From Eledone cirrhosa (lineage: Eukaryota): a DNA stretch of 64,000 nt. Numbering within the stretch: position 1 is the stretch's first letter; each line of letters opens with the position of its first letter. Positions 12,124 through 24,486 of this stretch are shown piece by piece. The stretch lies in assembly GCA_964016885.1 (NCBI GenBank), contig OZ024741.1, forward strand, positions 17,732,001 to 17,796,000, in the 5' to 3' direction. A program made the translations under genes and the position numbers. The notes below the pieces were generated by a model that worked only from the letters and a program-made list of their open reading frames with translations, had not been told where the DNA came from and made no database searches.

Positions 12124-15100
12124 GTTTTCTTTATTAACCACAAGGGTTTACATAAAGTAGACATTAAGGAGAGTACAGGACAATACAGGGCGGTACAAAT
12201 GGGCATTTCTGCGTGTAAAAAAAAAACAGAGGTTGAAATAAAGTAACAAAGAAAAATTCCCCAATAGGGGGGAGACTTCCGAGGGACATTTGTGGAGAAA
12301 GCCCATTAAAAGACCACAGTGGCCCTGACCACCAGGGCAAGTGCCCTCTCCCAGTTTTCCACCTTTAATTTACAGACACATACTCAGAGAAGGCCCATTC
12401 ATTCGGGCCATACTTGCTTCTCTCACCCATCTTTCAACAAAATGCTGGGAAGAGAGCACTTCCCTCTCTACCCTGATTTTCCGTTTCAAATGAAATTTGA
12501 AAAGGTTAATCAGGGCATCACCGAAGAGGTAAGTGCTCGTCTTCAGCCCTTTCAAACGTGTCCACCATACTATCTCTTTCGCCATGGCCACCAGACAGAT
12601 AAAAACTGCCTGCCCTTCCCGGCTAAAGGAAGGGGGCGGGGCAATCCTCACGATGGACTCAGCTGATAGCTGGATCCGTCCTACACGTGACAGCAGGTGT
12701 TCGACATAAACCCACAAGTCAGCAATGCTCGGACACTGGACGAGTGCGTGCAGGACGGTTTCGTCGCCCTGCGCGCATCTCGGACATGCCCGGCTGACGG
12801 CACCTCCATGCCTGTAGAGTTTATCCCGAACTTGCAAAGCTCCTCAGTAGCACTGCCAGGCCAGGGATTTCTGGAAGTTGTCCATAGGCCCCGGCCCGAA
12901 AGTCCTTCCGAAGAGATTGGCTAGTTGATTTTCGTCGACGCCTAGAGTTTCTCCAAGTACGTCGTCGCTCTTCCCCTCCACTAATCCCCTATAGAACGCC
13001 GAGGTGGAGTTTCCACCGATCACATTGCCCGATTGGTCGAGGGCTGTGAGCGCCTGAAGACATTCCAATCTCCAAGCGCTCACTCTCGGTCTTCGCTTGA
13101 CCCATGACTGCAGCTCCGTCAAGGAGACGAGCTGGGGAAAAAACGTGTCTAGTAAACGGCGACCACACCTGATCACCGTCGAGGAAGAGGTGGAGATGTC
13201 GTAGCCTGAGCGCGTGTCTGCGCATCACCAGCCACGGCATGCCCAGCCCTCCACGTAGCGGGTGTTGACAACAGATGGACCGCCTGACCATCGGAGCACG
13301 TCCCTTCCACAAAAAGCGAAAGAGCAAACGCTCCAGCGCAGTCAGGCGGGGCTTAGGACAAGGTACGACGGTCAGGCGGTAGTAGATGACGGACGCGATG
13401 TACGCGTTAGCCACCTCCGCTCGACCTTTCAGGGATAGCTTCCTCTCGGCCCATTTCTGGGTGAGAGAAGCCACCCTGCTCGTCACCTCGTCCCAGTTTT
13501 TGTCCGTCTGGAGGTCTGGACCGAACCAGACCCCTAGCAATTTAACCAGTCCGTCCGTCCAGCGCCCGACGACGCTGTTGGACGGCATGGACCTGCCTCT
13601 CCAGGTGCCGAGCTGCAGGCCCACTGACTTTTCCTGGTTGATCATTGCTCCTGTCACCGCTTCGTATTCTCTTAGTGTAGTGCCGATCGCCTCGATGTGT
13701 TTGGCGTTCGACACCACTACGGTGACATCGTCGGCATATGCTGACACGGATCTTCCGCATCCTAGTTTGCGCGGGATCCCCCTCAACGTCTCCAGTTTGT
13801 GCAGTAATGGCTCGAGAGTCAATACGTACAATAGGGACGAGAGGGGACATCCTTGGCGGACCGAGCGCATGATGTTGAACGGTTCCGAAAGGTGACCGTT
13901 CACTCTCACTACAGAGCAGATGTCGCTGTGCATGGCAGCGATCCAGCCTCTGAAGACGGGCCCAAAGCCAGCCGCCCTCAGGACTGCCGCTAGGTAACGA
14001 TGGTCGACCCTATCGAAGGCTTTCGACTGATCTAAATTGATCAAATACCCACCCGTGCCAGGTTCCCTAGCTACCCTCTCTACGATGTATCGCATGAGGT
14101 GGAGGTTGTCGTGAATGGATCTGTCGGGAATGGCGCATGTCTGTGCCTCTCCCACCAGACCACCAACGACAAGCGCCAACCGCTTTGCTAGCACCTTGGC
14201 CAAAATCTTGAACTCTGTGTTTAGCAGAGTTATGGGCCTAAAATTATCTATGTTATCCCCCTTGTTCGGATCCTTTCTCAGCAGCACCACCGCTCCTCGG
14301 CTCACAGAGCTGGGAATTCTCCCGTTCTGTTGCCAGTTGCAGTAGACGTCCGCCAAGAGGCCTCAGAACAAGTTTGGCATTTGTACGTAAAGTTCATAGG
14401 GCAGACCATCTAAACCAGGCGATTTACCCCTTGTGCAACTAGTCATTGCATCCCGTACTTCAGCGGTTGTTATCGGCTTTTCGCAACACTCCGCCTCAGT
14501 GGCCGAAAGCCGCGGCAGTCCGTCGAGGTAGACACTAAAGTCCATCCCTCGATCCGGCCCGCCACTGCCCCCGAACAGTTGAGCGAAGTGTCGCTGAAAA
14601 GCTTCACACATTTGCCCGGGATCGAGTAGCATGCGCCCGTCGTGGTCCACCAAAGACCGGATCGTGGCTTTGTTGCCACGACGCTCCTCCGCCACTCGGG
14701 CCCATTGAACGGCTTTAGTCCCCTCGTGTCTGAGAGCACGCACCCTAGCTCTGACAACGCAGCCTTCGTGCTTTGCATTGAAGAATTGGTCAAGGGCCAA
14801 TTTCGCCGCAAGTACGTCGGTAGCGATGCCTTTGCTAAGCGCCTCATCTAATTTTCTAACTAATTCTCCCTCTGCTCTATTTTTCTCTATTGCTAAAGTC
14901 TTACTAAACCTAATGGACTCTATTCTAATTGCTCTTTTCAGAGCAAACCACCACTTGTTGTTGACGATCGCCCCCGTCAACGCCCGCTTAACTAGTTCGC
15001 TAATCCGGTCTCTGTAGGCCTTGCGCGCTGGTAAGGACGCGTTTAGCTTCCAGTAGCCGGGTCCTCGTCTATGAAGCCTATCTAAGTCAAGCACACAGAT

Positions 15101-18020
15101 CACGAATTTGTGGTCCGTGTAGCTGACTATCTTGAATTGTGGACAGCCTATGCTAGACCTATCTATTTCCCTACAAAATACTCTATCTAGATATGATCTG
15201 GATGACCCTATGCGATTTGTCCAAGTCCACATTGGTACATTCGGGAAATCCATTCGGTACCTGTCAGACAGTTCAAAACGTCTGAGCAGGTTGGTGAGAC
15301 TCTTGCACCCTCCTTCCCTATCCACTAATCCCACACAATCCCAGCGTGCATCTAAGATCCCGTTCCAGTCGCCCACTAACACTAAAGAGCGGGACGTTCC
15401 AAGAAAGGTCTCCAGACGCCGGAAGAAATCAGGCCGCCCTGCTCCTGTCGGGGCATAGACGGCCACTAACCTGAAAGCTTGCCCGTCTCCGCTGGTCACG
15501 TCCAGCACCACGAACTTACCTTCTGGGTCCAGGAAGATGGCCCGTATGGCAAGATCCAAACCTCTCCGAAAAAGCACAGCAACTCCTCCCCCGATCCCGG
15601 ACGGCTGGGAGATGCGTACACATCGTAGCCGCCGAAGATCGGTGCGAAAGCCTGTGCTTCGGAGATTCTGGTCTCGCTGATGGCCACTACATCTATGTTT
15701 AGTGACCTGAGGTCGTTGAGCAGGTGGCCCTGCTTCCATGACGACCCCAAGCCACGCGCATTTATGCTGCCTATTCTGAGTGAGGTCATGTTGAAAAGGA
15801 GTGGAAAAGATGGGAAAGACCACTTACCTTACTTCTCGTAGGGGAAGGACGGTTTTTCCATCCTTTTCACTGCTTGTGGCCTCCTCAGGAAGGATGTCCT
15901 TATAAATCCTCCTGGAGCGTGCTTGTCGGAAGTCTCCGATGTCTTTGGGGAATTTTTGTTTTAGTGTCATGTACGTTTTCTGTGTGATGCGAGTGATGTG
16001 AATTTTGGGGTTGTTGTGTAGTCTTTTTCTGTGATGCTGGTGTTGTGTTGGATGTAGTGTAATAATTGCTTGTTCAAATTTAATGCTGTGTAGTGTGTAT
16101 CGTTTTGGTTGTTTTGTTTTGTTTGCGTTTGTTGTGGGTTTGTTTCTGTTTCGCATTTTGGTGACTTTTGTGGTGTAGGTGATGGTGGTGTTGGGGTTAA
16201 TGATGGTGATGGTGTTGGTGTTTGGGTTGATGGGGTTGGTGATGCTGGTGTGGATGGTGGCATATCTGTCCTAACTTTTTTGTTTCTTAATTTATTTGTT
16301 TCCCTCTGTATTTTGTTTTTGGAGGGGGAAGGAAGAGAATATTTTCTGTTTTGGTTTCTTTTTTTTTTTCCGGATATCGTTTCCCACTCCTCGTCGTCAC
16401 AATCTGTCTCCAGTTGTGATAGGCCGGGGGAGTGGAAAATCCTCCACAGCCGTTAGTTTTGGTTGTGGCGTGGTGGATGGTGTAGGCGCTGGTGCTAGTT
16501 CTGAAGCGTTGGGTGGTGGTGGTGTTTGTTCTGCTGGTGGTGGCGGTGTTGTTGGTTTTGCTACTCTTGCTGGGGTTGTTGCTGTTATAGTTGCTTCTGT
16601 TGTTGCTGCTACAGTTGTTGCTGCCATCTCTGCTACTGGTGGTGTTGATGGTTGTGTCGCTGGGGTGGGTAGGAGAGGCGGCCTCAACCTTTTAGCCTGA
16701 GGGCAGAAAGCCCTTAGGTGGGTTCCTTCACCACAAACGACACACCTAGGTCTTCTGCCCTCGACAATTACCGTGAGGTGGCTGCCGTCAGTGAGGTCTA
16801 TTACCTCTGGGATCTCCTCAATGCTTTTTTGGTCCGCTTGGATCAGGAGCTCCATCCCAGATCCGGACCAGTTCTCCTGCTTTTCTTTTGCTATTGCTAT
16901 TATTTTCGTGTTGGCTTCGATGCCGGCGAGGACGGCCGCTATTAGCCAGGGAATTTCGATGGCCGGTGGAACGTGGGTCACCCTGATCTTTACGAGTCTC
17001 TGGCCACAATAGCTTGGGACGAGTGTGAAGTCGTCACTTCTTAATGGGGCCATGGAGTGTTCTCTAGCCTCCTCTGGTGTTTCAAAGAACACGTCCACGG
17101 TTCCATACTTTTGCCCACGTCTGATGTGGGTTTTTCTTGCCCACACATGTCCCAAAGCTTTTTGGATTTGGGACTCGGATGCCCGTTCCACTCGGCGCGA
17201 TTTTACATTTATTGTTCTATATGACACGGTGCATAGGCACCGATGGTCCATTTTATTAGGTGTGGGGAGGGGGGGGGAGGCTGACCCTGTACCCATCTTT
17301 CTTTACCATTTGTTTGGCATTTTCTAAATCCTCCTGAGTTACCGTAAATGCTTCGAACTGTTTTGCTACTCTGGCGAAACTGAGGGTCGGTTTTATAATG
17401 TCATTGTTGTTGTTGTTGCTATCGTTATTTGTGTTAATATTAATTTTAGTTTCAGTTGTGGTGGTGGTGACGTCAGTCGTCTTTGGTGGGGGAAGAGTCC
17501 ATTTTGCTTGATTTCATTTCGACATCACGAGTTAATTTATTTTTTTCTTCTTTTGTTTCTGTTGTCGCGGTGGTGGTGGGGGTGGTGGTTGTCGCGGTGG
17601 TGGTGGTGGTGGTGGTGGAGGCTTTAACACCTGCAGTCATTGGTAATGGCGGGAAATGAATGTCTGCCTGAGACAAATTTAAAATATTGGTAGTGCTTAT
17701 ATTTTTTTTAGTGTTGGCAAACGTAGTAACATTTACAATGGTGGTGTCGGTGCGAGGTGTTAATTTGTGTGAAAGGCTTTCAGCTGCTTCGTGCAGAGGT
17801 GAATTAGCCATTTTTTTTTCAAAGAAATTTTTTGATAATAATAAAAGTTAAAATTTTGGGCACAAGGCCCCAATCTTTTTGGGTGTCCTTTTCGGAAAAC
17901 AATGTATGTGTGCTTATAAACAGTTAACAATAAAATTTTCCATAAATGGCAATTTTTAACAAACGGAAATAACAAACCTTGGCGGAGCTCACGATAATAC
18001 GATTTCCTACGTAGGTCGCC
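12124..18020 (-). mobile_element. Near full-length Tx1/L1-clade LINE with disrupted ORF1 and ORF2
   Basis: ORF1 16397-17296 has a CCHC knuckle (CVVCGEGTHLRAFC). ORF2 from 15789 has SINARGL, ISETR, GDWN, YTDH, KSPGLDG, QGCPLS, YADD and CPRC..ETVLHALVQC. AATAAA near the 3' end. (TTA)n at both ends. Confidence 0.93.
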
Positions 18021-18084
<64 letters not shown>

Positions 18085-18118
18085 GTACACTATTAATAAT
18101 TATTAATGCACTCGTGCA

Positions 18119-20989
18119 ATGCCTGTGCAATGCCTAGTGGTAGATGAATTGAACAATGATAGTGGGAGACCTATGAACCTAAGATTTGTAGACAGGAAAA
18201 AGTTAAAAGAAACAACAGCTAAGGTAAACAAAGTCATCCCATACCTTGAGGCGAGGAGCCTTCACCAGTGCAACAATATCCTCAAAGCAACAGCAAATAC
18301 GGTGAGGAAACTACTTCGTATAAAAGCGAGAGGAAACAACAGACAAGAAAGAGCAGAGCCTTGGTGGAAGAAACGACTGAGTGCTCAAATCAGGGAAATG
18401 AGAAATGACATTGGAAAGCTTGAGTCACTACTGAATGGGACACTAAAAAACATAGGCACTAAAAATAGACTGGAAATAAAGTACAAAACTAGGAGGAAAA
18501 AGCTAAATATTATCATAGAGGAACTGAAGCAACGCATTGTAGCAAAGAGTGCAAAAATCAGGCGATACGAGAACAGAGTCAGTCAGTATAAACAGAACCG
18601 CATGTTCGACAACAACCAGAAGATGCTGTTTGGACAGCTTGAGGGGAAAGAAAGAGGCAACGACTTGATCCCTGAGGCGGAACAAACTAAAACATTCTGG
18701 AGAGGAATATGGGAGCAGGATGTTAGACATAATGACCAGGCAGGGTGGATTGAGACAGTACAGAGGGAGATCGGTGAGCAGGCACACCAACAAAGTGATT
18801 TGAGTATCACAGTTGAAACTCTTAAGGGGCAGGCCAAAAAGCTAACCAACTGGAAATCACCAGGCCCAGATGGTGTGCAGGGGTATTGGATTAAAAATAT
18901 AACATCCCTCCACCCGAAACTGACAACCATGTTCAATGACTGCTTGATGTCAGGTGAGGTACCAGAGTGGTTGACAAAAGGTACCCCAGTTCTGATAATG
19001 AAAGACCAAATCAAGGGTAATGATGTTACCAACTATAGACCTATCACATGTCTGTCCGTAATGTGGAAACTGTTGACGAGCATTGTGTCTGAGGAAATAT
19101 ACCATCACCTCCACACAAACAACTTGTTACCGGACGAACAGAAAGGATGCCGAAAGAAGTCACGTGGTACAAAGGACCAGTTACTTACTGATAAGATGGT
19201 AATGGGGAATTGCAGGAGGAGACACACTGATCTTGCCATGGGATGGATAGACTACAGAAAGGCATTTGACATGGTGCCTCATTCTTGGATCACCAAAAGT
19301 CTGGAGATCTTCAAGGTGGCAGATAACATCAGACAGTTGTTGGGTAAGAGTATGAGGTCCTGGGAAACAGAGTTGACATCAACTGGAGAATCCTTGGGAA
19401 GCATGAAGATCAAGAGAGGTATCTTTCAGGGAGATAGCCTGTCCCCTCTGTTATTTGTCCTTGCCCTGATGCCCCTGACCAGTGTACTGCGAAAAGTGAG
19501 AGCAGGATACGGGTTGGGAAAGGGAGGGCTTACCATCAATCACCTCCTCTTCATGGACGATCTTAAGCTCTTCGGGAAGAGTGAGAAGGAGTTGGATCTG
19601 CTTGTTGACACTGTCCGCATTTTCAGCAGTGATATATGTATGCAGTTTGGTATTAGTAAGTGTGGAGTCATTGTGATGAGGAGGGATAGGTTGAGCAGAA
19701 GTAACGGAATCCAGATACCAACAGGTGAGATGATAAAGGAAATTGACTCTGAGGAAGGATACAAGTATTTGGGCGTTCTGGAGGCTGATGGCATAAAGAA
19801 CAAAAAAATGAAGGAATTGTTAAGAACTGAATACATTCGGAGAGTAAGGAGCGTATTGAAGTCACATCTGAACAGCAGAAATGCCATAAGCGCAGTAAAT
19901 TCCCGAGCTGTGTCTATTATTAGGTACAGTGCGGGAATTCTGAGATGGAATGTTGCTGAACAAAAAGAAATGGATAGGAAGACTAGGAATCTATTGACTA
20001 TCTACAACATGTTCCACAAGAGGAGTGATGTCGATAGACTCTACCTAAAGAGATCTGAGGGTGGAAGAGGTCTTATCAGCATAGAGGACTGTGTTCAGAT
20101 GGAGAAAAACAACCTACACAAATACGTGACTGATAGTAAGGAGCCAATGCTCAGAACTGTACTGAAGGAGGGGACAATAGGCCAGGGGATGTCCAATGAG
20201 GAAATAACATCAAGGAGAAAGAGCAGCCTTCAGGAAAAATCCCTTCATAGTACCTTCTTTGAGAAAACTGAATTTAGAGATCCACAGACATGGAACTGGT
20301 TAAGAAGAGGAGACCTTAAAAAGGCTACAGAAGGAATGTTAATGGCTGCGCATGAGCAGGCCCTCAAAACGAAGTGGTTGAAACACCATATTTACAAGGA
20401 GGAGGCTAGCCCACTGTGCAGGATCTGTGGAGAGAGAGAGGAGACTGTGGCTCACATTGTATCCGAGTGTAAACACCTAGCCCAGACTCACTATAAGGGC
20501 TGGAGACATGATGTGATGGGCAGGGTGATCCACTGGCACCTGTGCAAAGTAAACAATTTATCACATTCTGAGAAGTGGTATGAGCATAAGCCAGAGGCGG
20601 TGATGGAGAACGATCAGGTGAAGGTGCTGTGGGATTTTAGGATACAGACGGACAAGAAACTGGAACACAATAGACCTGACCTGGTGGTTGTGGACAAAGA
20701 AAAAAGATCGTGCCTGATTGTGGATGTGGCCTGCCCATTCGACACGAGAGTGCAAGAGAAGGAGAGGGAGAAAATTAACCGATACCAGGACTTAAAGTGG
20801 GAGGTAAAAAGGATTTGGAACTGCCATGAAGTCAAAGTGATCCTGATGGTCATAGGCGCACTGGGGACTATCTCCAAAAGTTTCCAGGGATGGTTAAAGA
20901 AAATCGGCCCCTTCACGCTTTTTGGAACGCTTCAAAAGGCATGCTTTCTGGGAACAGCAAGAACCCTCCGATACGTCCTGAATATCTGA
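18119..20989 (+). CDS. Uninterrupted RT-CCHC-REL reading frame (956 aa; true N-terminus missing)
   Basis: ORF track. All RT and REL motifs present with no stops. The start codon lies in the duplicated flank. Confidence 0.75.
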   Translation: MPVQCLVVDELNNDSGRPMNLRFVDRKKLKETTAKVNKVIPYLEARSLHQCNNILKATANTVRKLLRIKARGNNRQERAEPWWKKRLSAQIREMRNDIGKLESLLNGTLKNIGTKNRLEIKYKTRRKKLNIIIEELKQRIVAKSAKIRRYENRVSQYKQNRMFDNNQKMLFGQLEGKERGNDLIPEAEQTKTFWRGIWEQDVRHNDQAGWIETVQREIGEQAHQQSDLSITVETLKGQAKKLTNWKSPGPDGVQGYWIKNITSLHPKLTTMFNDCLMSGEVPEWLTKGTPVLIMKDQIKGNDVTNYRPITCLSVMWKLLTSIVSEEIYHHLHTNNLLPDEQKGCRKKSRGTKDQLLTDKMVMGNCRRRHTDLAMGWIDYRKAFDMVPHSWITKSLEIFKVADNIRQLLGKSMRSWETELTSTGESLGSMKIKRGIFQGDSLSPLLFVLALMPLTSVLRKVRAGYGLGKGGLTINHLLFMDDLKLFGKSEKELDLLVDTVRIFSSDICMQFGISKCGVIVMRRDRLSRSNGIQIPTGEMIKEIDSEEGYKYLGVLEADGIKNKKMKELLRTEYIRRVRSVLKSHLNSRNAISAVNSRAVSIIRYSAGILRWNVAEQKEMDRKTRNLLTIYNMFHKRSDVDRLYLKRSEGGRGLISIEDCVQMEKNNLHKYVTDSKEPMLRTVLKEGTIGQGMSNEEITSRRKSSLQEKSLHSTFFEKTEFRDPQTWNWLRRGDLKKATEGMLMAAHEQALKTKWLKHHIYKEEASPLCRICGEREETVAHIVSECKHLAQTHYKGWRHDVMGRVIHWHLCKVNNLSHSEKWYEHKPEAVMENDQVKVLWDFRIQTDKKLEHNRPDLVVVDKEKRSCLIVDVACPFDTRVQEKEREKINRYQDLKWEVKRIWNCHEVKVILMVIGALGTISKSFQGWLKKIGPFTLFGTLQKACFLGTARTLRYVLNI

Positions 20990-21073
20990 GGCTGGAGGTA
21001 GTGGCTTGATATTCATTCCAACGGACTTTCCAGTTAACTAACATCAATGACTGAGATTCAAGGAATAATAATA
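18129..21073 (+). mobile_element. R4/Dong-clade LINE copy 2, 5'-truncated, with a 44-bp target duplication
   Basis: Highly similar to copy 1. 18085-18128 is identical to 21074-21117. (AAT)n tail. Confidence 0.95.
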
Positions 21074-21369
21074 GTACACTATTAATAATTATTAATGCAC
21101 TCGTGCAATGCCTGTGCGTGACGAATATTTTTAAAGTGAGGTAAGACTGTGCACTGAGCCAATCCCACTCTCTGAGCTATAACCCGAAAAGAAGAAAAGA
21201 TCAACATCATCGGTAACTACTGAGCCGCAGGTTTTATGTCGGAGTTAACCCAGTTTCCTGAAATGCCTTCTCCTAGAAGAATGCCCTGACAAGGGCAAGG
21301 GGTTCTTCACTCCCAGTGGTTTAACTGCGCGATCGGGAATCCAGCCCGATTATTTCTATGTCCCTGCGC
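21074..21369 (-). mobile_element. SINE-like non-coding retroposon with (TTA)n tail, related to the 580-bp family
   Basis: Shares caatgcctgtgc, tcccactctct, tcaacatcat and ccttctcctagaa blocks. TSD A(16+)GTA at 9667-9688 and 21370-21388. Confidence 0.75.
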
Positions 21370-21509
21370 AAAAAAAAAAAAAAAAGTAAAAAAAAAAAAA
21401 TCACTTATTGACACTTATACGTACGACATACACACACGCGCATACATATGCGCGCGCACAGCAACACTCATACATACAAACAGACACACACACGCTACTC
21501 TACTCACTT

Positions 21510-21540
<31 letters not shown>

Positions 21541-21564
21541 AATACATATAATACATACATACAT

Positions 21565-22157
21565 GGTGGCTGCCAACTCGTTTTCGAGTACGGCCACTAC
21601 TTTATATCCATGTAGGAGAACCCCTACCTTTTTAATCCAGCCAGCGACTTGAAAACTCTGGTACAAACACTACACTTGTGACAATTATTGACACATAGTA
21701 CTGGGCCCATGGTACCATGTGACGACAAGTGCAGAGAGATCTCCAGATACAAAGCAATGCCTGTGCCGTGAATCTTTTATAGTGAGCAAAGGCACTGCAC
21801 AAAGCCAGTCCCACTCTCTTAACCAAGATGATATTTACCAAAAAGAAGAACAAGTCAACATCATTGGATACCATCAGGGTTGCAGGTGTTATACCAGAGT
21901 TTTCCTTCTCCTAGAATTCTGCCTTGACAAAGGCTAAGGGGTCTTCTCTCCCGGTGATTTTGGATGGCCATTGACTCTTAAGAGCTTAAGAGCTCCTTTG
22001 TCCTTTGACAGGTTTTGTCTTTAGTCCTGCAGGATGTCCAAAGTCACCCTCCTCATCAAGAAACCTTGGTGGGGTTGCCAGTTTAGTCGCCAACGACCCG
22101 ACCATGAGGCAGGTTGTACTGGGATACATGTTACCAGTAGCACCAACTGGTGACCTG
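21565..22157 (-). mobile_element. ~580-bp (TATG)n-associated non-coding retroposon
   Basis: Four near-identical copies in the window, flanked by TACA repeats. Confidence 0.9.
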
Positions 22158-22632
22158 AACTAATATATACATACATACACACACACATATATATATATAT
22201 ATTATATATATATACATACATACATACATACATAAATACACACACACACACATATATATATATACAGAAAGAGGGATGTGTTGTATAGTGTTCCTGTGAA
22301 CAAACAGCATATCTTTCAGACAGACCTCTTGAAAACACGGCATTATTGTCGGTTTATCAAGTAATTTACATATTTTCACATAAGTCCCTTGCAGTTATTT
22401 AGAAACGGAAATATTTCTGAATGCAACACCTAGCTACATATGGACCTTTAAACTATAAACATGCACCAGAAAATAATGTTAGGAGCTTGTATATATAGTT
22501 TTTATCTATTTAATTGCTAAACCTGTAGATATTGTTCTCTATACAGTAACGGTAAAACTCACTTGTAATAATTCTTTACACACATCTCACTGTGTAACAC
22601 ATATCTCGCTGTGTAACACACTTCTCATTGTG

Positions 22633-22692
<60 letters not shown>

Positions 22693-23000
22693 AGATATAT
22701 GTCTGTAAGTATGTATGTATGCGTGTCTCTATATATATACACATAAACACACACTTACAGACATATATCTACATATATATGTGTGTTTGATGATAGCTAA
22801 GATGCTTCCATAGGCGGTATGTCGGTTGAGCACTCTATGCTCTTACAGAACAGAGTAGGATAGAATAGAAAACGAAAAATCAGTCATCCATCTGACTCAA
22901 TTTATTGTGTGTTACAATTTTTTCGCCGGCGGGCAGCTCGAGCCGCGTTCATTGTGTGGATCTGTCTGATTCTGGACCCGCAGGTTCGAATTAGACAGAT

Positions 23001-23042
<42 letters not shown>

Positions 23043-23070
23043 GTATATATATATATATATATTAAATTAA

Positions 23071-23270
23071 TTGATTAAAGTTTAAGCAAAGAATCGCTAA
23101 CGGGATGTTCAGAAGATCCGGTTAAGGGTGAAAGCACCGATTCTTAGCTTAAACTTTAATCTGTTATTTTAATAACTATTTGCTCTAGGGTTCTTTTATA
23201 TTTTATATATATTTATTCTTATCGAGTCCTCTTTGGATTTTAGTCTTCACATTTATTATTATTACTAGTA
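23071..23270. mobile_element. Short inverted-repeat element with a tail shared with 60310-60397
   Basis: gattaaagtttaagc..agaatcg / cgattct..gcttaaactttaatc. The tail cctctttggattttagtcttca recurs. Confidence 0.6.
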
Positions 23271-23315
23271 CTGGGTAATTACTGGCCTTGTGCCTAAAAT
23301 AGAAACAATTATTAC

Positions 23316-23352
<37 letters not shown>

Positions 23353-23354
<2 letters not shown>

Positions 23355-23521
23355 TTTAGACTACAGAAATTTCTAGCCTGATAGTGGGGTTTATAACCCT
23401 CGGAGAAATGGAAAAAGATGAGTGTTGCCGTACATTGCATGTCCGGCAACACTCATCTTTTTCCATTTCTCCGAGGGTTATAAACCCCACTATCAGGCTA
23501 GAAATTTCTGTAGTCTAAAAT
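23353..23521. repeat. Near-perfect ~170-bp hairpin between (TA)n tracts, with a ~90-nt unique extension
   Basis: Arms 23353-23430 and 23444-23521 are exact reverse complements. Confidence 0.9.
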
Positions 23522-23610
23522 ACGGTGAAAGCTTATAATTTCTAATTTCTAATTTCAAACTCGCGGACCGTTTCAAAAACATACTTACATGTTTACGTTT
23601 ATAATTTGCT

Positions 23611-23658
<48 letters not shown>

Positions 23659-24003
23659 TAGAGAACGGGTAATAGATATGCACAAATAAAGCCGTATAAT
23701 GTATATGTAATTATACATACATTCATATACTAACACATACACGCACACACACACACGCGCGCGCACATACACACAAACACACATATATATATACACCCAC
23801 ATGTGTGCGTGTGACACGATGACAGGCTTGTTTACACACTGATAAGGAGTCAGAACTATGTATGTATTTAAACTCCATATTTTCGTTGTTGACTCCTCTC
23901 ATTTGCATTGCTGTCTTCATATTCTGACATTTAATAAACAAAACATATTCTACATTATCACAAGCTGGCACGAACATACATAACACAAACGACACCTCAC
24001 GCA

Positions 24004-24070
<67 letters not shown>

Positions 24071-24188
24071 ATCACATTACACACACTACACCACACTACA
24101 CCAAACCACACCAAACCACACCACACCGCTCCACACCACACTACACCACACACTATATATATATATATATATAGTATATATATATATA

Positions 24189-24398
24189 GGCAGTATCGGT
24201 AGAGGGTCGGACGCCATGCTTTGCAGCATAGAGTTACAGCCCTTTATGATCTGAGTTCAAATCCCACCGTGGTTAACATTGCCTTTCATCCTTACGGGGT
24301 CGATAAAATAAAGTATCTGTCGCACTGGTGTCGATTTAATCGACTTTCCCTCCCCCCAAAATTGTTAGCCTTGTGCCTATATAAGAAACCATTATTAT
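24189..24398 (+). mobile_element. tRNA-derived SINE (major family in the window)
   Basis: B-box GAGTTCAAATC, core gcctttcatccttacggggtcgataaaataaagta, ATT tail. At least 8 copies. Confidence 0.9.
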
Positions 24399-24486
24399 CA
24401 GTTTCAGATGATCCCATTTAGGGGAAAAGCAGAAATCTATTGCTTAAACTTTTAATTTGTACTAATAATATATATATATACATATA

